From the NCBI RefSeq assembly GCF_009914755.1, contig NC_060938.1: a stretch of DNA of 64,000 nucleotides. One strand, 5' to 3'. The first letter of the stretch is position 1, and each line of letters begins with the position of its first letter. The notes below the pieces were generated by a model. That model saw only the letters and a program-made list of their open reading frames with translations, was not told where the DNA came from and searched no databases. Source of the stretch: the human T2T-CHM13v2.0 reference genome, Homo sapiens. The translations under genes and the position numbers were made by a program. Below, piece by piece: positions 19,679 through 32,200 of this stretch.

Positions 19679-20012
19679 GAAAAACCACTGCCCATTCTGT
19701 GACTCAGCCTGACGTTCATGTCGCTGTCTCTGAAGGAGCCCCTCTGGAGCTGAGGTGTAACTATTATTGATCTTCTGTTCCAACATATATTTTCTGATAT
19801 GTGCAATACCTCAGCCAAGGACTCCAGCTTCTCCTGAAGTACCTATCAGGATATAGGGTTCTTTCAGGAATTAACGGTTTTGAGGCTGAATGTAAGAAGA
19901 ATGAAAACTGCTTCCTCCTGAGGAAACCCTCAGCCTATTGGAACGACACGCTGAGTACTTCTGTGCTGAGTCCCGCATTGCCCAGGACTGTAGTGGGGGC
20001 TACATAAAAACT
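19679..20012 (+). pseudogene. TRAV8-family pseudogene V exon with degenerate RSS (probably IMGT TRAV8-6-1; name from memory)
   Basis: Acceptor AG at 19677-78. [52 protein letters not shown]...GINGFEAE...RKPS..W.DT/AEYFCA. Stops at 19768 and 19795 (conserved Trp), 1-nt deletion near 19950. RSS cgcattg-23-ataaaaact at 19974-20012. Confidence 0.93.
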
Positions 20013-21557
20013 ACCTGAGACACATAGCTTAAACAACTAAGGATCTCAGCCTCAGTTATTTTCAGGAAGTTGACGTGTTCTGTGAAAGCAAACAGTACAA
20101 AGAAAGTAGAATCCTGTCTAGCATTTAGTTCCTATGGACATCTTAGATTTCTTTAATTTATTTTCTTATTTGCCATTTTGCAAAGGAAAGAGCTTGTACC
20201 TGATTCTAGAAGAAATTAGACTATAGGATTTGTAACAAGCAGGAGGAGGTGATTTGCACCAAGGTATTTCAGATAGTGATGGACTGGGATGACTTAAGGT
20301 TGGCCATGTGGATTGGTATAAGGCAAATCAATTTGCTTTTAGTTATTAATCTCATCTCTCAAACAATCAGAAACCCAGAATGAGCGTTTATTTCAAGCTG
20401 CATTATCTACAGATTATTTTACCCAGTATCCTGACTTCAGTGAGCTACAGTCCTTTGAGGAAAGAAGCCTCTTCAAAGGACTTCAGCTCACTGATGAAAG
20501 TATTTGAGACTGGGAGACTTAATTAAAGCTCACATTTAAGGATGTGTGCAAGGCAATCTTTCCAAAGACAATATAAAAGGGAAAAAAAAGGCTTTATTTT
20601 TTTAATCTGGTGGTCCCCAGCGAAAGGCAGTCTAAATTAAACACAACATCATGGCAAAGTTCCATGTGGAATCTTGGGGTTGGTTGTTCTATGGATGACC
20701 TACCCTTTATCAGTTCTACCCAGATTACCTCTCTCTGTTTTTCTCCCTTTCAATTCAATTTCCCTAATACTTGCTGAGTGTCCAATAACTATTGTTGATT
20801 CCTTAACCATATTTAATTATTTCTCTACACCATTCCTCATAGTGCCAATAGTAACTATTTGCAACGTTCTTGAGCAGTTAATCCAATGTTGTGCCTGCAG
20901 AACTTTTATTTCTACTTCAGTAAAAATATAGGTGTTCTTATTTTTCACCCCCTTTGCCTCCAAATCCATTTCCAGATTATTATTATTATTTATGGAGTCT
21001 GGGGCAAAAGCAAAAACAAATTATTTTCATAACTTTTAAAAACAGCTAATTTTCTTTTAAACCATTAGAATAATCTAGTAAACCTAAAAAGCAAAATATA
21101 AATAATAATTAACAATGAATAGCTTTAATAAAATATATTTAAATAAAATTAGAATTTATTTGTTTTTAAGTTTAATTCGATCACAGTATTTAAAATAAAT
21201 GCTAGTTTCAACATTCATCTAGTATATAAAGAAGCTAATCAGTGTCACTCTTTATGCAGATTCAATCTAGGATAAAATATATGCAATTTAAAACTAATGT
21301 TGTTGAATATTACAAAGTGTTCCAGCCATCATGAGCAACTATAGTGAATACTATGCTGATTCATGAGTACCCTGAAGAACCACAAATGAGTACATAAGAG
21401 ATGCAAGAAAATAGATCCTCAGCACCCTCGGGAAACAGTATTTCTTTTTGTAAGAATCTATTGCCTCCGTGCTGAGAGGAAAGATGGGGCTAGCTAATTA
21501 ATTTTTTCCTTCCCTTCCTTGAAACCCCTCCACCCTTGGCCCCAATTCCAAATCAGA

Positions 21558-21966
21558 GTCATATGAAGTCAATTAAGAAGTATGGAACCAAAAAATATAA
21601 AAACAAAAAGTGTTAATGCTGGCAAGGACATGGACAAAAGGGAACCCTTGTACACTGTTGGTAGGAGTGTAAATTAGTATAGCCACTATGAAGAACAGTA
21701 TGGAGGTTCTTCCAAAACCTAAAACCTGAGCTACTATAAGATCATATTTACTTATTTTTCTACACCATTCCTCACAGTGCCAATAGTAACTATTTGGAAC
21801 GTTCTTGAGCAGTTAATCCAATGTTGTGCCTGCAGAACTTTAATTTCTACTTCAGTGAAAATATAGGTGTTCTCATTTTTCATCCCCTTTACCTCCAAAT
21901 CCATCTACAGATAATTATTATTATTGATGGAGTCTGGGGGAAAAGCACAAACAAATTATTTTCGTA
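21558..21966 (+). repeat. Composite local duplication of 17999-18184 joined to 20808-21031
   Basis: Direct comparison by eye: about 90% identical to both donors, with identical segment lengths (186 and 224 nt). Confidence 0.9.
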
Positions 21967-24234
21967 TAAACAGAGTCTGCCTCCTATGGCAGCAGTGGCA
22001 CAACCCACAAATATTTCTAATATTTGAAAAGGACAAAGGTCAAGGTATGTGAAGAAGTATTTTTCTCAAATCTGAAAAATTGTGTTAGTGGTTTTTTAGG
22101 TTACAGATTGTGCCCGGTCCTGAGTGACAGAGACAGTCCGTGTTCTTCAGTACATTTGCGTGTGTGTGTGTGTCTGTGTGATTGAGTGGCCCTGTAAAAT
22201 ATGAGGCTCTGGGCAGGGCTCTTGCCTGAGTCTAAGGGTCATACTGTCCACAACCTTGCTCATCTTCTGTCCTTCTTGTATTTAAAACAAAGGGTCACTT
22301 TTCAAAGTTTGCCATCTTTGCTTTTGTTACTCTCCAGTCTCGTCACCTCCACAGAAGGCATGTAGCATCACATCCCCCATCAAGTCACATCCTGTAATAG
22401 AAGTTTGACATAATTGTTACTGTCTTGGTGCTCATGTGGTGTTTAAGGATGCTTTTTAAAAATGATATCCTGTAAACCTTTATTACATTCAGAGAGATGT
22501 TTGTCTCCTCACTATATCACAAGCTCTCTGAAGGAAAAACCGTATCCAATTCATTTTTTTTTTTAATTTCCAAGGTCTCAAACACTCTTAAATATATTGA
22601 CTTAACTATAACTGAATCAAATTGGTGAGCTCATATTTTTTCAGTTCATACGTATGAATTAAATGGATGTTCTAATTACATAAAATTACATTTAAAGTAT
22701 TTATCTTCATAAAAGCCACCGTGGGGTCTCATGGCCCTATTTATGGTACTCTCCATTCTGTGGACACTTCTGTTGTTTCATGTCAACCCACAGGTACAGC
22801 CCTAGGAAAAGACAGCTGGGCTGAGCTGTCCATATATGCTGAGGAAGATGTAGTCTTTCTCAAGGTTTAGCACGTCAGGAGGCATATAGGCTTCTCTTAA
22901 ATTGAGGGACGGCTCTGAAGGATCTAGTAGTGAATAGTTGTTGAAAGATTTGAGAAATATATTGAGTATAAGGATGAGGGCCAGTAAGAGTAAAGAGGGA
23001 AGAATAATTATGTGCAAGGACAAACTAAATCATTATCAGCACATAAGAAACATATTTTTGCTGAGTATTCTTTTCAATTGTAGCTCTGTCCTCTAAAACA
23101 AGATAAATGACATATGAATATTCAAGTTCTAGGTTATATTTGAAATGCATATATATATACCTATATTTAAATTTTTGTCTTTATATTATTATCTTTATCT
23201 GTATCTATCAGAAAATCCTGGATCAAACAGAATCATATACAGCAAAAGGGAAAGTGGAGAATTCCAAAGAAGGGAATTCGGATTTTAAAAAATTTTTATT
23301 TCCTAAGATTTCCTAAGAAAAAAATATGAACTTTTATTTCACAGGTCCAAAATTATTTCTAAACTGTTGAAAGCCATCTTTTCTTTAGTATTCTTCTGTC
23401 CCTTTCATGTAACTAGAACCCCCTACCCTCAACCAAAAATAAATAAATAAATAGATAAATAAATAAGTAAATAAATAAAAGAGAGAGAGAGAAAAGGAAG
23501 AACATGGAAACAGAAGGTAATGATAGGAGAAAGTGGAAGGAAAAAAGGAAGACAGAAAAAAAAGAAAAAAGATTTACTGGACTGTAAGATAAGCTATAAA
23601 GGAAGTTTGTATAAAATAAGAATTAGAAAAATAAAACATATTGCCCATCCAGGGTAATACGTAGAAAAAAATTTGAATTGATCTTATTTTTTCTCTCACA
23701 ATTTACAGTCTTACTAGGGTCATTTCTTATAACAATATTTACCACAATTCTTGATTATTTCAGAGGAGTCCTAATCCACACTTTTCATATATTCTAATAA
23801 TAAAAATTATTACATATATAATACATAACATGTATGTTCTTATTACTTTACATGACTGGAATGACTTTCACCTAAATTGGCTAATAAAGACCTTCTTGTC
23901 AGAACACATTCTTGTTTTGGGGGTTTAAAATGTGGACACTCATTCTGTGATCCTCTCCAGGCTCGAATTAGTATTACAGTTGAGGCACGTTGTCCTCCCG
24001 AGGAGGCCCCTCCCTTTCCTTCTCACAGGATCTTTCACATTCTTTACTATATCCAGAACTATTAGAAAACATCCCTCAGGTTACGGAATAATGACCTTTC
24101 TTTTTCCCTTCCACTCCACCCCTTTCCACCCCGGCTCTCAGCCAGGTTTAAGTCGGCGGGTGGGGCTTCCTGTCACAGAACGCTGTTTAAAAACTCAGTA
24201 GCATCTGGGCGTGAGCAGGCTTTGTCGGGTGGAG

Positions 24235-24242
24235 CTGATTGG
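24235..24242 (-). promoter_or_regulatory. Inverted CCAAT box (CTGATTGG) in the TRAV22 promoter
   Basis: About 110 nt upstream of the ATG; the same motif occurs at TRAV24 (58970-77) and ATTGG at TRAV21 (6050-54). Confidence 0.5.
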
Positions 24243-24350
24243 TTGCAGGAGCAGCAACAGTTCCAGAGCCAAGTCATGACACCGACCTCCCCAAGGTTTA
24301 GTTAAATATATCTTATGGTGAAAATGCCCGGAGCAAGAAGGCAAAGCATC

Positions 24351-24869
24351 ATGAAGAGGATATTGGGAGCTCTGCTGGGGCTCTTGAGTGCCCAGGTTTG
24401 CTGTGAGTTGGGGCTGTCCAAGGTGGGAATCTGAAAGGATTTAGCAGCTGCAGCCTTGTTGAGGGGAGGAAGGGCAAGGAGTTAAAAAGTCATGCAGTCT
24501 TTCTACTCACACAGCCTGTGGGGGCATTTTCAGGATTCTTCAGATGTTAAACTGCCCATCACCTATGACTTTTTCTCCATTTCTGACCAGGTGTGAGAGG
24601 AATACAAGTGGAGCAGAGTCCTCCAGACCTGATTCTCCAGGAGGGAGCCAATTCCACGCTGCGGTGCAATTTTTCTGACTCTGTGAACAATTTGCAGTGG
24701 TTTCATCAAAACCCTTGGGGACAGCTCATCAACCTGTTTTACATTCCCTCAGGGACAAAACAGAATGGAAGATTAAGCGCCACGACTGTCGCTACGGAAC
24801 GCTACAGCTTATTGTACATTTCCTCTTCCCAGACCACAGACTCAGGCGTTTATTTCTGTGCTGTGGAGC
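24351..24869 (+). CDS. TRAV22: T cell receptor alpha variable 22 (exon 1 24351-24402, exon 2 24591-24869)
   Basis: Leader MKRILGALLGLLSAQVC|C; V region GIQVEQSPPDLILQEGANSTLRC...DSVNN...IPSGT...YFCAVE. Confidence 0.98.
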
Positions 24870-24908
24870 CACAGTGCTCCCCAGGCACCTGCGGCCTGTA
24901 CACAAACC
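24870..24908 (+). other. 23-RSS of TRAV22
   Basis: CACAGTG, 23-nt spacer, ACACAAACC. Confidence 0.97.
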
Positions 24909-25931
24909 CTCATCCGGGCTCGGTTCCTCTACCAGTAACAACCACATCACGAGGCCACCGCAGCAGCATTTTGCACAGCTTAATATTCCTTTTGTACATA
25001 GGTAGAGTTTTAACCGTAGATTCTTTTTGGCTCTACAGGTTTGAGACTTTGGTCTTTATTTTCCCTTTTCAATACACACCTCCTCCTACCCTATAAATAT
25101 CTAACTTGGAAGGAGTAGAGTAGCTGATAAGAGGACAGAATCAAAATAAATATTTAAGTGACAGTATGCAGGACTCCAAAAGGGTAAAAAGTAAAAAGAA
25201 TAAAAAGAAAAGAAACACCATTCCAATAAGCATGTTGTTAGACATTAGTTAGACAGTGATCCAGCTTAGTTGTGTGTCTCAAGCACATTCAGGTCTACCT
25301 CACCACATTATGTACCAACAGACAAGGGCAAATATTTGCATACTATCCCACTAGTGCAGCAAAGTAAAATTTCTTTAAATATTCACATATTGATAAATAG
25401 CTGTGGAGAAAAAACTTTAAAATGTTATGTTCCCATATGTGTTTTTCAGGCTTGTTGTATAACCTAGAATATGATCTATCCTGGAAAATATAACCATGCA
25501 TGATTGAGAAGAATGTGTAATCTGATCTTGGGTAGATAGATGTCTGTTAGGTCTACCTGGCTTTTGTGTTGTTCAAGTCTTCTATTTCCTTGTTGGTATT
25601 CTACTTGTCCTATCTATTATTGAAAGTGAGGTATTGAGTCTTCACCTGTTATTCTTGAATTTTCTGTTTTTCCCTTCAATTCTGTCAGTTTTTGTGCATC
25701 ATGTATTTTGGGATATGTCATTAGGTGCATATATGTTTATAACTGATATATTCTTAATGGATGCCCTTTTATCATTATAAAATTTCCCTTTTTATCTCTA
25801 GTAACATTTTTTGGTTTAAAGTATACTTTGTCTAATAATAATGTAGTGACTCCAGTCATATCTTTTCCTATCCTTTTACTTTCAACTTATTTGTATCTTT
25901 GTATCTAAAGTGTGTCTCTGACAGTGTATAG

Positions 25932-25967
<36 letters not shown>

Positions 25968-27944
25968 CCATTCTGATAATCTCTACTTTTTGATTGGATT
26001 GTTTAATCCATTAACATTTAATGTTATCATTGATATAGATTATATCTGGCATTTTAATTTTATTTTCTTTCTGTCTTATGTCTTTTTTGTTCCTCTGTAC
26101 CTCCTTAACTGCTTTCCTTTGCATTAGGTGAATATTTTATAGTATAATATTTTCATTCCTTTATTTTTTTCACTATGCTTTTTCAATTATTTTCTTGGTG
26201 GATGTTTTAGTACTTACAATATATATACATCTAAACTTGTCAGAATTCACTTCAGACTTTATGCTAACTTAACTCCAATGGGATTTTCAGATGTCACTTC
26301 TATATAGGTCTATTTCTTATTCCCTTTATTATTGTTATTCACATTATATGTATATATGTTACAAACAATAGGTTATTATAATTTTTATATAATTTTATAA
26401 TTATTTCTTTATATAATCTTATGTTTTATAAGCTGAGAAGGAAAAAAGGAAAGCAAATATATATTGAAGTGTTTGTTGTTAACCTTCTTACTTATCATTT
26501 CTGGGTCTCTTCATTTGTTCCTGTGCACTTAATCATAGCCAAAAGGTCAAGAAGTGATCATTTGTTCCTGTGGATTCAAGTTGCCATCTGGTGTCACTGT
26601 CTTACTCCAATATAGTTTTGCAATCTGCCTTCCTCCTTTATTCTTTTATTATCAAATATGTTACATTCCTGTAAGTCCAATAATATAATTATATATGTAT
26701 TGTTTTATACAGTAGTTATTTAAATCAGTTAATAGTAGAAAGGGGATAAATATGCAGTCACACTATCTTTTTAGTAAGTGTGTGGATGCAAATTACTGTT
26801 TGAAGTCCCTTGCTCCCAGCCTGAAGATCTTCCTTTATTATTGCTTGAAGGTGAGTCTGCTTGCAATAAATTCTCTCAGTTTGTATTTATCTAGGAATGT
26901 CTTTATTTTACCTTCATGTCTGAAAGATACTTTTGCTGAATATAGGATCTTCATTGATGGTATATTTCTTTCAGCACTTTGAATATATCTTCCCACTGCC
27001 TTCTAGCTCTGTTGTTTTTGTTGAGAAGTCAGCTGTTAATTTTATTGAGTTTCTCTCATAAATATTTGATTTTCTCTTTCTACTTTGAAGATTCTATTTG
27101 TCTTTTAACATTTTTGCTATGATGTGTCTGAGTGTGGATCTCTTTGCATTCATTTTACTTAGAGTTCACTGAGCTTCTTAGATGAGTAGATTAATGCTTT
27201 TTTGAATCTGGGAATTCTCAGCCATTGTTTCTTCAAATTTTTTTGTTCCTTTTTCTTCCTTTCCTTTTTCTGGTACTCTCACTATGCGTATATTGGTGTG
27301 CTTAATGATGTACCACGTTTCTCTGAGTCCCTGTTTATTTTTCTTTATTCTTTTTTCTGTCTGTTTTTCAGATTGCATAATCTCTGTAGATGTATCTTTA
27401 AGTTCACTGATTCCTTGTTCAGGGAGCCTGAACCTACTGTTTGACCCTCCAGTCAATTTTTTTATTTGGTTATTGCACTTTCCCAACTCTAGAATTTCTA
27501 TTTTGTTCCTTTCATAAAAAAATAATTTTTACCACTTTATAGATATTCTCTGGCTGATAAGAAGTCATCATCATATCTTTTTTACTTCCCTCAGCATGGT
27601 TTTATTTCTTTGAGCATACTTAAAACAGCTATTTTGAAATTTTTGTCTGTGAAATCCAACATCTAAGTCATAGAAAAGGAAGTTGCCATTACCCAATTTA
27701 TTTCTCTTGTGTAAGAATCACACTTTCCTGTTTGGGGTATATCTTATAATTTTTTGTTTTAAACTAGACATTTTAGATAACATATTATATTAGTTTTCTA
27801 TGGCTGCTCTTATGGGTTGAATTGTGTTTCTCAAAATTCAAGATGAAATCCTAACTCCCAGTACCTCAGAATGTGACCTTATTTGAAAATAGGGTCATTG
27901 CAGATGTAATTAGTTAAGATAAAGTCATAAGAATGGACCCTAAT

Positions 27945-29147
27945 TGTGATGGTTAATGTTAGGTGTTATGTTGATTGGACTGAAGGATGCCTGGATAACT
28001 GGTAGAGCATTGTTTCTGGGTGTGTCTGTGAGGGTGTTGCCAGAGGAGATTGACATTTCAGTCAGTGAACTGGGAGAGGAAGACCCACACTCTTTGTGGG
28101 TGGGCACCATCCAATAGGCTGCGCAGCTACAACAAAGCAGGTGAAAGAAGGTGGGAGGCTTCTGGCTGCCTACTTTCTCCCATACTGGAGGCTTCCTTCT
28201 GCTTCTCTTGTCCTTGCGTTCCTGGACCAAACTGAGGTTTGGGCTGCTATTTTTTTACAGACAAATAACGAGATGCAGATGAACTGGGGAGGAAGAGAGT
28301 TTTTATTTCTGTAGTCAGTTACAGGGACATGGCCCGGAAATTATTGCCAGACTAACTCAAAATTACAAAGTTTTTTCAGAGTTTTATATACCTTCTAAGT
28401 TATATGTCTACATGTAAGTGTGCATTCATTTAAAGACATAAATGATTAACTTCTTTTAATTTATAACTAAGGTCTGAGTCCTGAAGACCTTCTTCTAGAG
28501 TCTCAGTAAGTTTATTTAACCTAAATGGGTTTAGGTGCTGGGGTGATTAGCCTTATCTGGTCTTCTGCCAAATCACAGAGGTTTGGGGAGTTCCTTCAGA
28601 CCTCCAATAAATGTGTTTGTGGAGGCCTAGCGAGTTTCTTCAGACCCCCTATAAAACTTGTTTAATCCTAAAGAGGACCTGTTAAGAATTACTCCTTTAT
28701 TTTGTCATGCTTAAAAGCCCAGGAAAGTCCCAGGCAAAACTCTTGGTGGGCTTTTGCTACATTCCAGCCTTTGTATAAGGGCACTGGCTTTTAATATTTA
28801 TCTTAACCACTCAGTCAGTACCGAAACAGTTGTTATGGAGTCCTGCCACACTTGGACATCAGACTCCAGGTTCTTTGGCCTGTGGACTCTGGGACTTGCA
28901 CCAGTGGCTTGCAGGTGGCTCTCATGCCCTTGGCCGTAGACAGAATGCTTCACTGCTGGCTTCTTTGGTTTGAGGCTTTCGAGCTTGGACTGAACCACTA
29001 CCAGCTTCTCTTTTCCCCAGCTTGCAGATGGCCTATCATGGGACTTGGCCTTGTAACTGTGTGAGCCAATTCTCCATAATAAATAAATAAATAAATAAAT
29101 AAAGTTTATTAGGGAGAATTGGCACACACAATTACAAGGCCAGGTTT

Positions 29148-29182
<35 letters not shown>

Positions 29183-29268
29183 ATGTACATACATGTATAC
29201 ACACACATACACACACACACACACATACACATATATCCTATTAGTTCTGGAGAACCCTGACCAATACA
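27945..29268 (+). mobile_element. MLT2 (ERVL) LTR
   Basis: tgtgatggttaat...gagaaccctgaccaataca; TSD CTAAT at 27940-44 and 29269-73. Confidence 0.85.
28217..28850 (-). mobile_element. ERV1-class solo LTR (PABL-like)
   Basis: About 630 bp with a 4-bp TSD CTTG at 28213-16 and 28851-54; family assignment from memory of the consensus. Confidence 0.7.
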
Positions 29269-32200
29269 CTAATCTAATATGACTGGTGTCCTCATAAAAA
29301 GTGAAAGTTTGGAAACACACACACACAGAGGGAGAATACCATTTAAAGATGAAGGCAGAGATCAGGGTGGTACTCCAACAAGCCAAAGAATGCTAAAGAT
29401 TGCCAGAAAACCACGAGAAGCTGGGCAAGAGGAATGGAGTAGATTCTCGTAGCCCTCACAGGGAGTCTCTCAGACTTCCATTCTCCAGAAATGTGAAACA
29501 GTAAGTTCCTATTGTTTAAGTCACCTAGCTTGTGGTACTTTGTTATAGCTCTAGCAAACTAATAAAGCTGCTATAACAAATTACTGCAAATTTGGTAGCT
29601 TAAAACCAAACAAATTTATTCTGTTACAGTTCTGGAAGCAAGAATCTGAAACCAGTTTTACAGGGCTACAGTCAAAGTGTTGGCAGGGCTGATTTCTTCT
29701 GGAGGCTCTCAGGGAGAATCTGCTTCCTGGCCTTTTCCAGCTTCTGCTGTCCACCTGAATTCATGGCTCATGCTCTTTTTTGAATCACTCCAAACTTTTG
29801 CTTCCATCATCACATCTCCTTTCTCTTCTGGAGCCACATCTTCCCCTGTTTCCCTCTTATAAGAGCACTTGTGATTATATTTAGGGTCCACTCAAATAAT
29901 CCAAAATATTTTTCCCATCTCAAGATCCTTAATAATGTATTCAAAGACATTTTTGCCATATAAGGTACCATTTGCAGGTACCAGGCATTAGGGCTTGGTT
30001 ATCTTTGGGGATGATAATCCAGGCTATCACATATAGTGACTCTGGATATTGTGTCTCTACCCCATCCAGGGCTTGTTGTTATTTGCTTGTTTATTTATTG
30101 TAACAACTTTACTTGACTATTTCAGTTAAGTCCATTTTCCTGCAGGGTGCAGCCTATGATGTTATTCCTCAGAGGACAGTCTTTGGTATGTGCACAGACA
30201 TCTTGATATGACGGTGGTTTCAGCAGTGTTTTCTTTAACTGTCTTTCTTCCTGATTTTTCTGTTAAACTACCTGCATCTGTTTGTATCACACTTAGCCGT
30301 GAGCCTCCACACTTATCCATAGTCTGGTTCAATTAAATTCAGGCCCCTTTGCAGAGGTAATCTTTGAGGTCAATCTTTGAAGCTTCTTATAACCTCAGGA
30401 GGACTCTTCCCAGCTGTCTTTATTCCCGGTTCTCTCTATTAGATTTTTAGCTAGTCATCTGTGGTTTAGTTTGTTGCTCTCGTGGAGCTACCAGCCTCCT
30501 CTTAATTGCTTACCACAAAAATCTTCATTCATTTCCACTGTACCCTTAAGGCTTGGACTTCCTGAAGCTCTGTTCCAAATAGAGTCTTCCTAGTGGAGAG
30601 CTCTCTGTTCTTATAACTCCTCCTCTCCCTGGGCACAACTTCTGTGCCCCTGCTCTGGAGCAATGTGAGAAGAGACATTGCTTTTCTTTCCTCAGAGTGA
30701 TAACCCTACTTTAGGAGCAAGGTGCTTGATGGGGGCAGTATCCCATGGTCTTCTTGTTTGCCTCCCCCGGTATGAAACCTCCACCTTATGAGCAAGCTGG
30801 GGTGAGGGAAATAAGGACCCAGTATTCTTGGTCTGCCATGCCAGGGTAGAGCTTCTGCCCTAACAGTAGGTGCTAGGAAGTGAAAAGGAGCCCTAGGCCT
30901 TTCAGCTTCCCTGGCCCAGAATAGGACTTCTGCAATACAAAATTGAGGAAGATGAGAATTGTTGGCAGACTGTCCCTCCCAGGCAGATATCGTAGCTCAA
31001 CACTGGAATCTGAGGGAAGAAGGAGCCCTGTATTCTTGGTTGCTCCCACCCGAAGTAGAGTTTCTATTATGCTGAGCTCTGTGTGGTGGGGGAAGTAGTA
31101 GTCATGGCTCAAATTCCAAGGATTTTGTTCTTATGGTGATTTAGTAAATTTTCCTGAATAGATAATTCTCCATTTGCTATATACTCAGGACAATTTCCAG
31201 AGACTTAAGTTTTTAAAATAATTTTTACCAATTAATAGTGTTTTGTTACTAATTAGGGAGAGTAACCATGAACCTCCTCATATTGCAATTCTGAAAGTCA
31301 CAGCCTCCCATTCATGATGTTATCACATAGAACAGGCCTAAACAGAAGATAATCAGAAGTTCAACTTTTCTTTGACTTTCTCCATTGAGAAATAAAGGTG
31401 AAGCTGCCATCTTGTTTTGATCCTAAACCTGCCACAGAGATAATTATTCAAACACGTCATGTATCACCATCATAAAATAAGCATGTATTCTGAGAGTATT
31501 AAAGATGAAAAACAGGAACACTATATTTTCTTAAATCATAGTTTTTGTAGGAAGGATGGAGTGAGGTAGAATAAACAAGTCTAGGATTGCCTAGTTTGAA
31601 TAATTTCGGTGGGCTCTGAGGCCAGGACTATCCCTAGTTGCCTGGTACCTGGCCATGGGATGCTTAGGGCAGGGGGAATAGTGGATGGAGTGTAGGAGCC
31701 TAGTGACAGCCTGATAAAGGAGGTGCTTGGAGTATGGGCTCTGTATCGGTTGGTTTGCATTTGAAAGATGTGCTCCCAAGTGAGTCTTTACTATCTCTAG
31801 GAATTAGCCAGAGATGGTTAAGGCCCTTAGATGTCAAAACATTTGGGTAAAAAGATGTGGTTGATACACCAACACTGTTGGAATATGAGACTTCTCTATG
31901 CCTCACTTTCCTTTGGATACTCTTGTTCATTCATATTTTTTCTTTACTTAAAGTTAGGTACTCTGACTTTGCCTATTATGTTCCTTTTATGATTAATAAT
32001 AACTTGCCTAAGTCTAGTCTTTACTAGAGACAACAATCATCAACTTAATTCACTCAACTCTCCAAAGCTAATGTTATTACAGCCAATTTGAAAAGTGATA
32101 AAAGGGTATGGTACACTAACACTACCAATAGTGATAGTCTTTGTAGGCAATCCATAGGTGAAAAAAGTCCTTACATTACAAAAAGTATAACATATGATGG

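Larger units (their letters stand above)
27808..29566 (+). mobile_element. Inner MLT1 LTR
   Basis: t(c)ttatgggttgaattgtg...gcaaactaataaa; TSD GCTGC at 27803-07 and 29567-71. Confidence 0.8.
27786..30031 (-). mobile_element. Outer MLT1 LTR, split by nested insertions
   Basis: tatattagttttctatggctgc...resumes at gctgctataacaaattactgcaaatttggtagcttaaa and ends ctatcaca. Confidence 0.75.
25425..31290 (-). mobile_element. Old L1M element (incl. ORF1 remnant) hosting nested LTRs
   Basis: Minus-strand ORF 27178-27486 resembles L1 ORF1p (ISELKD..EIMQSE..IKHTNIRIVRVPE..MAEN); boundaries approximate. Confidence 0.7.

Noticed and set aside
22731-22805. Hydrophobic signal-peptide-like mini-ORF (MALFMVLSILWTLLLF...)
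   Set aside because: Only 24 codons, with no leader splice donor or downstream V exon.
26580-26597. Minus-strand CTCF-like GACACCAGATGGCAA
   Set aside because: It lies inside an old L1 and probably arose by drift; no contextual support.
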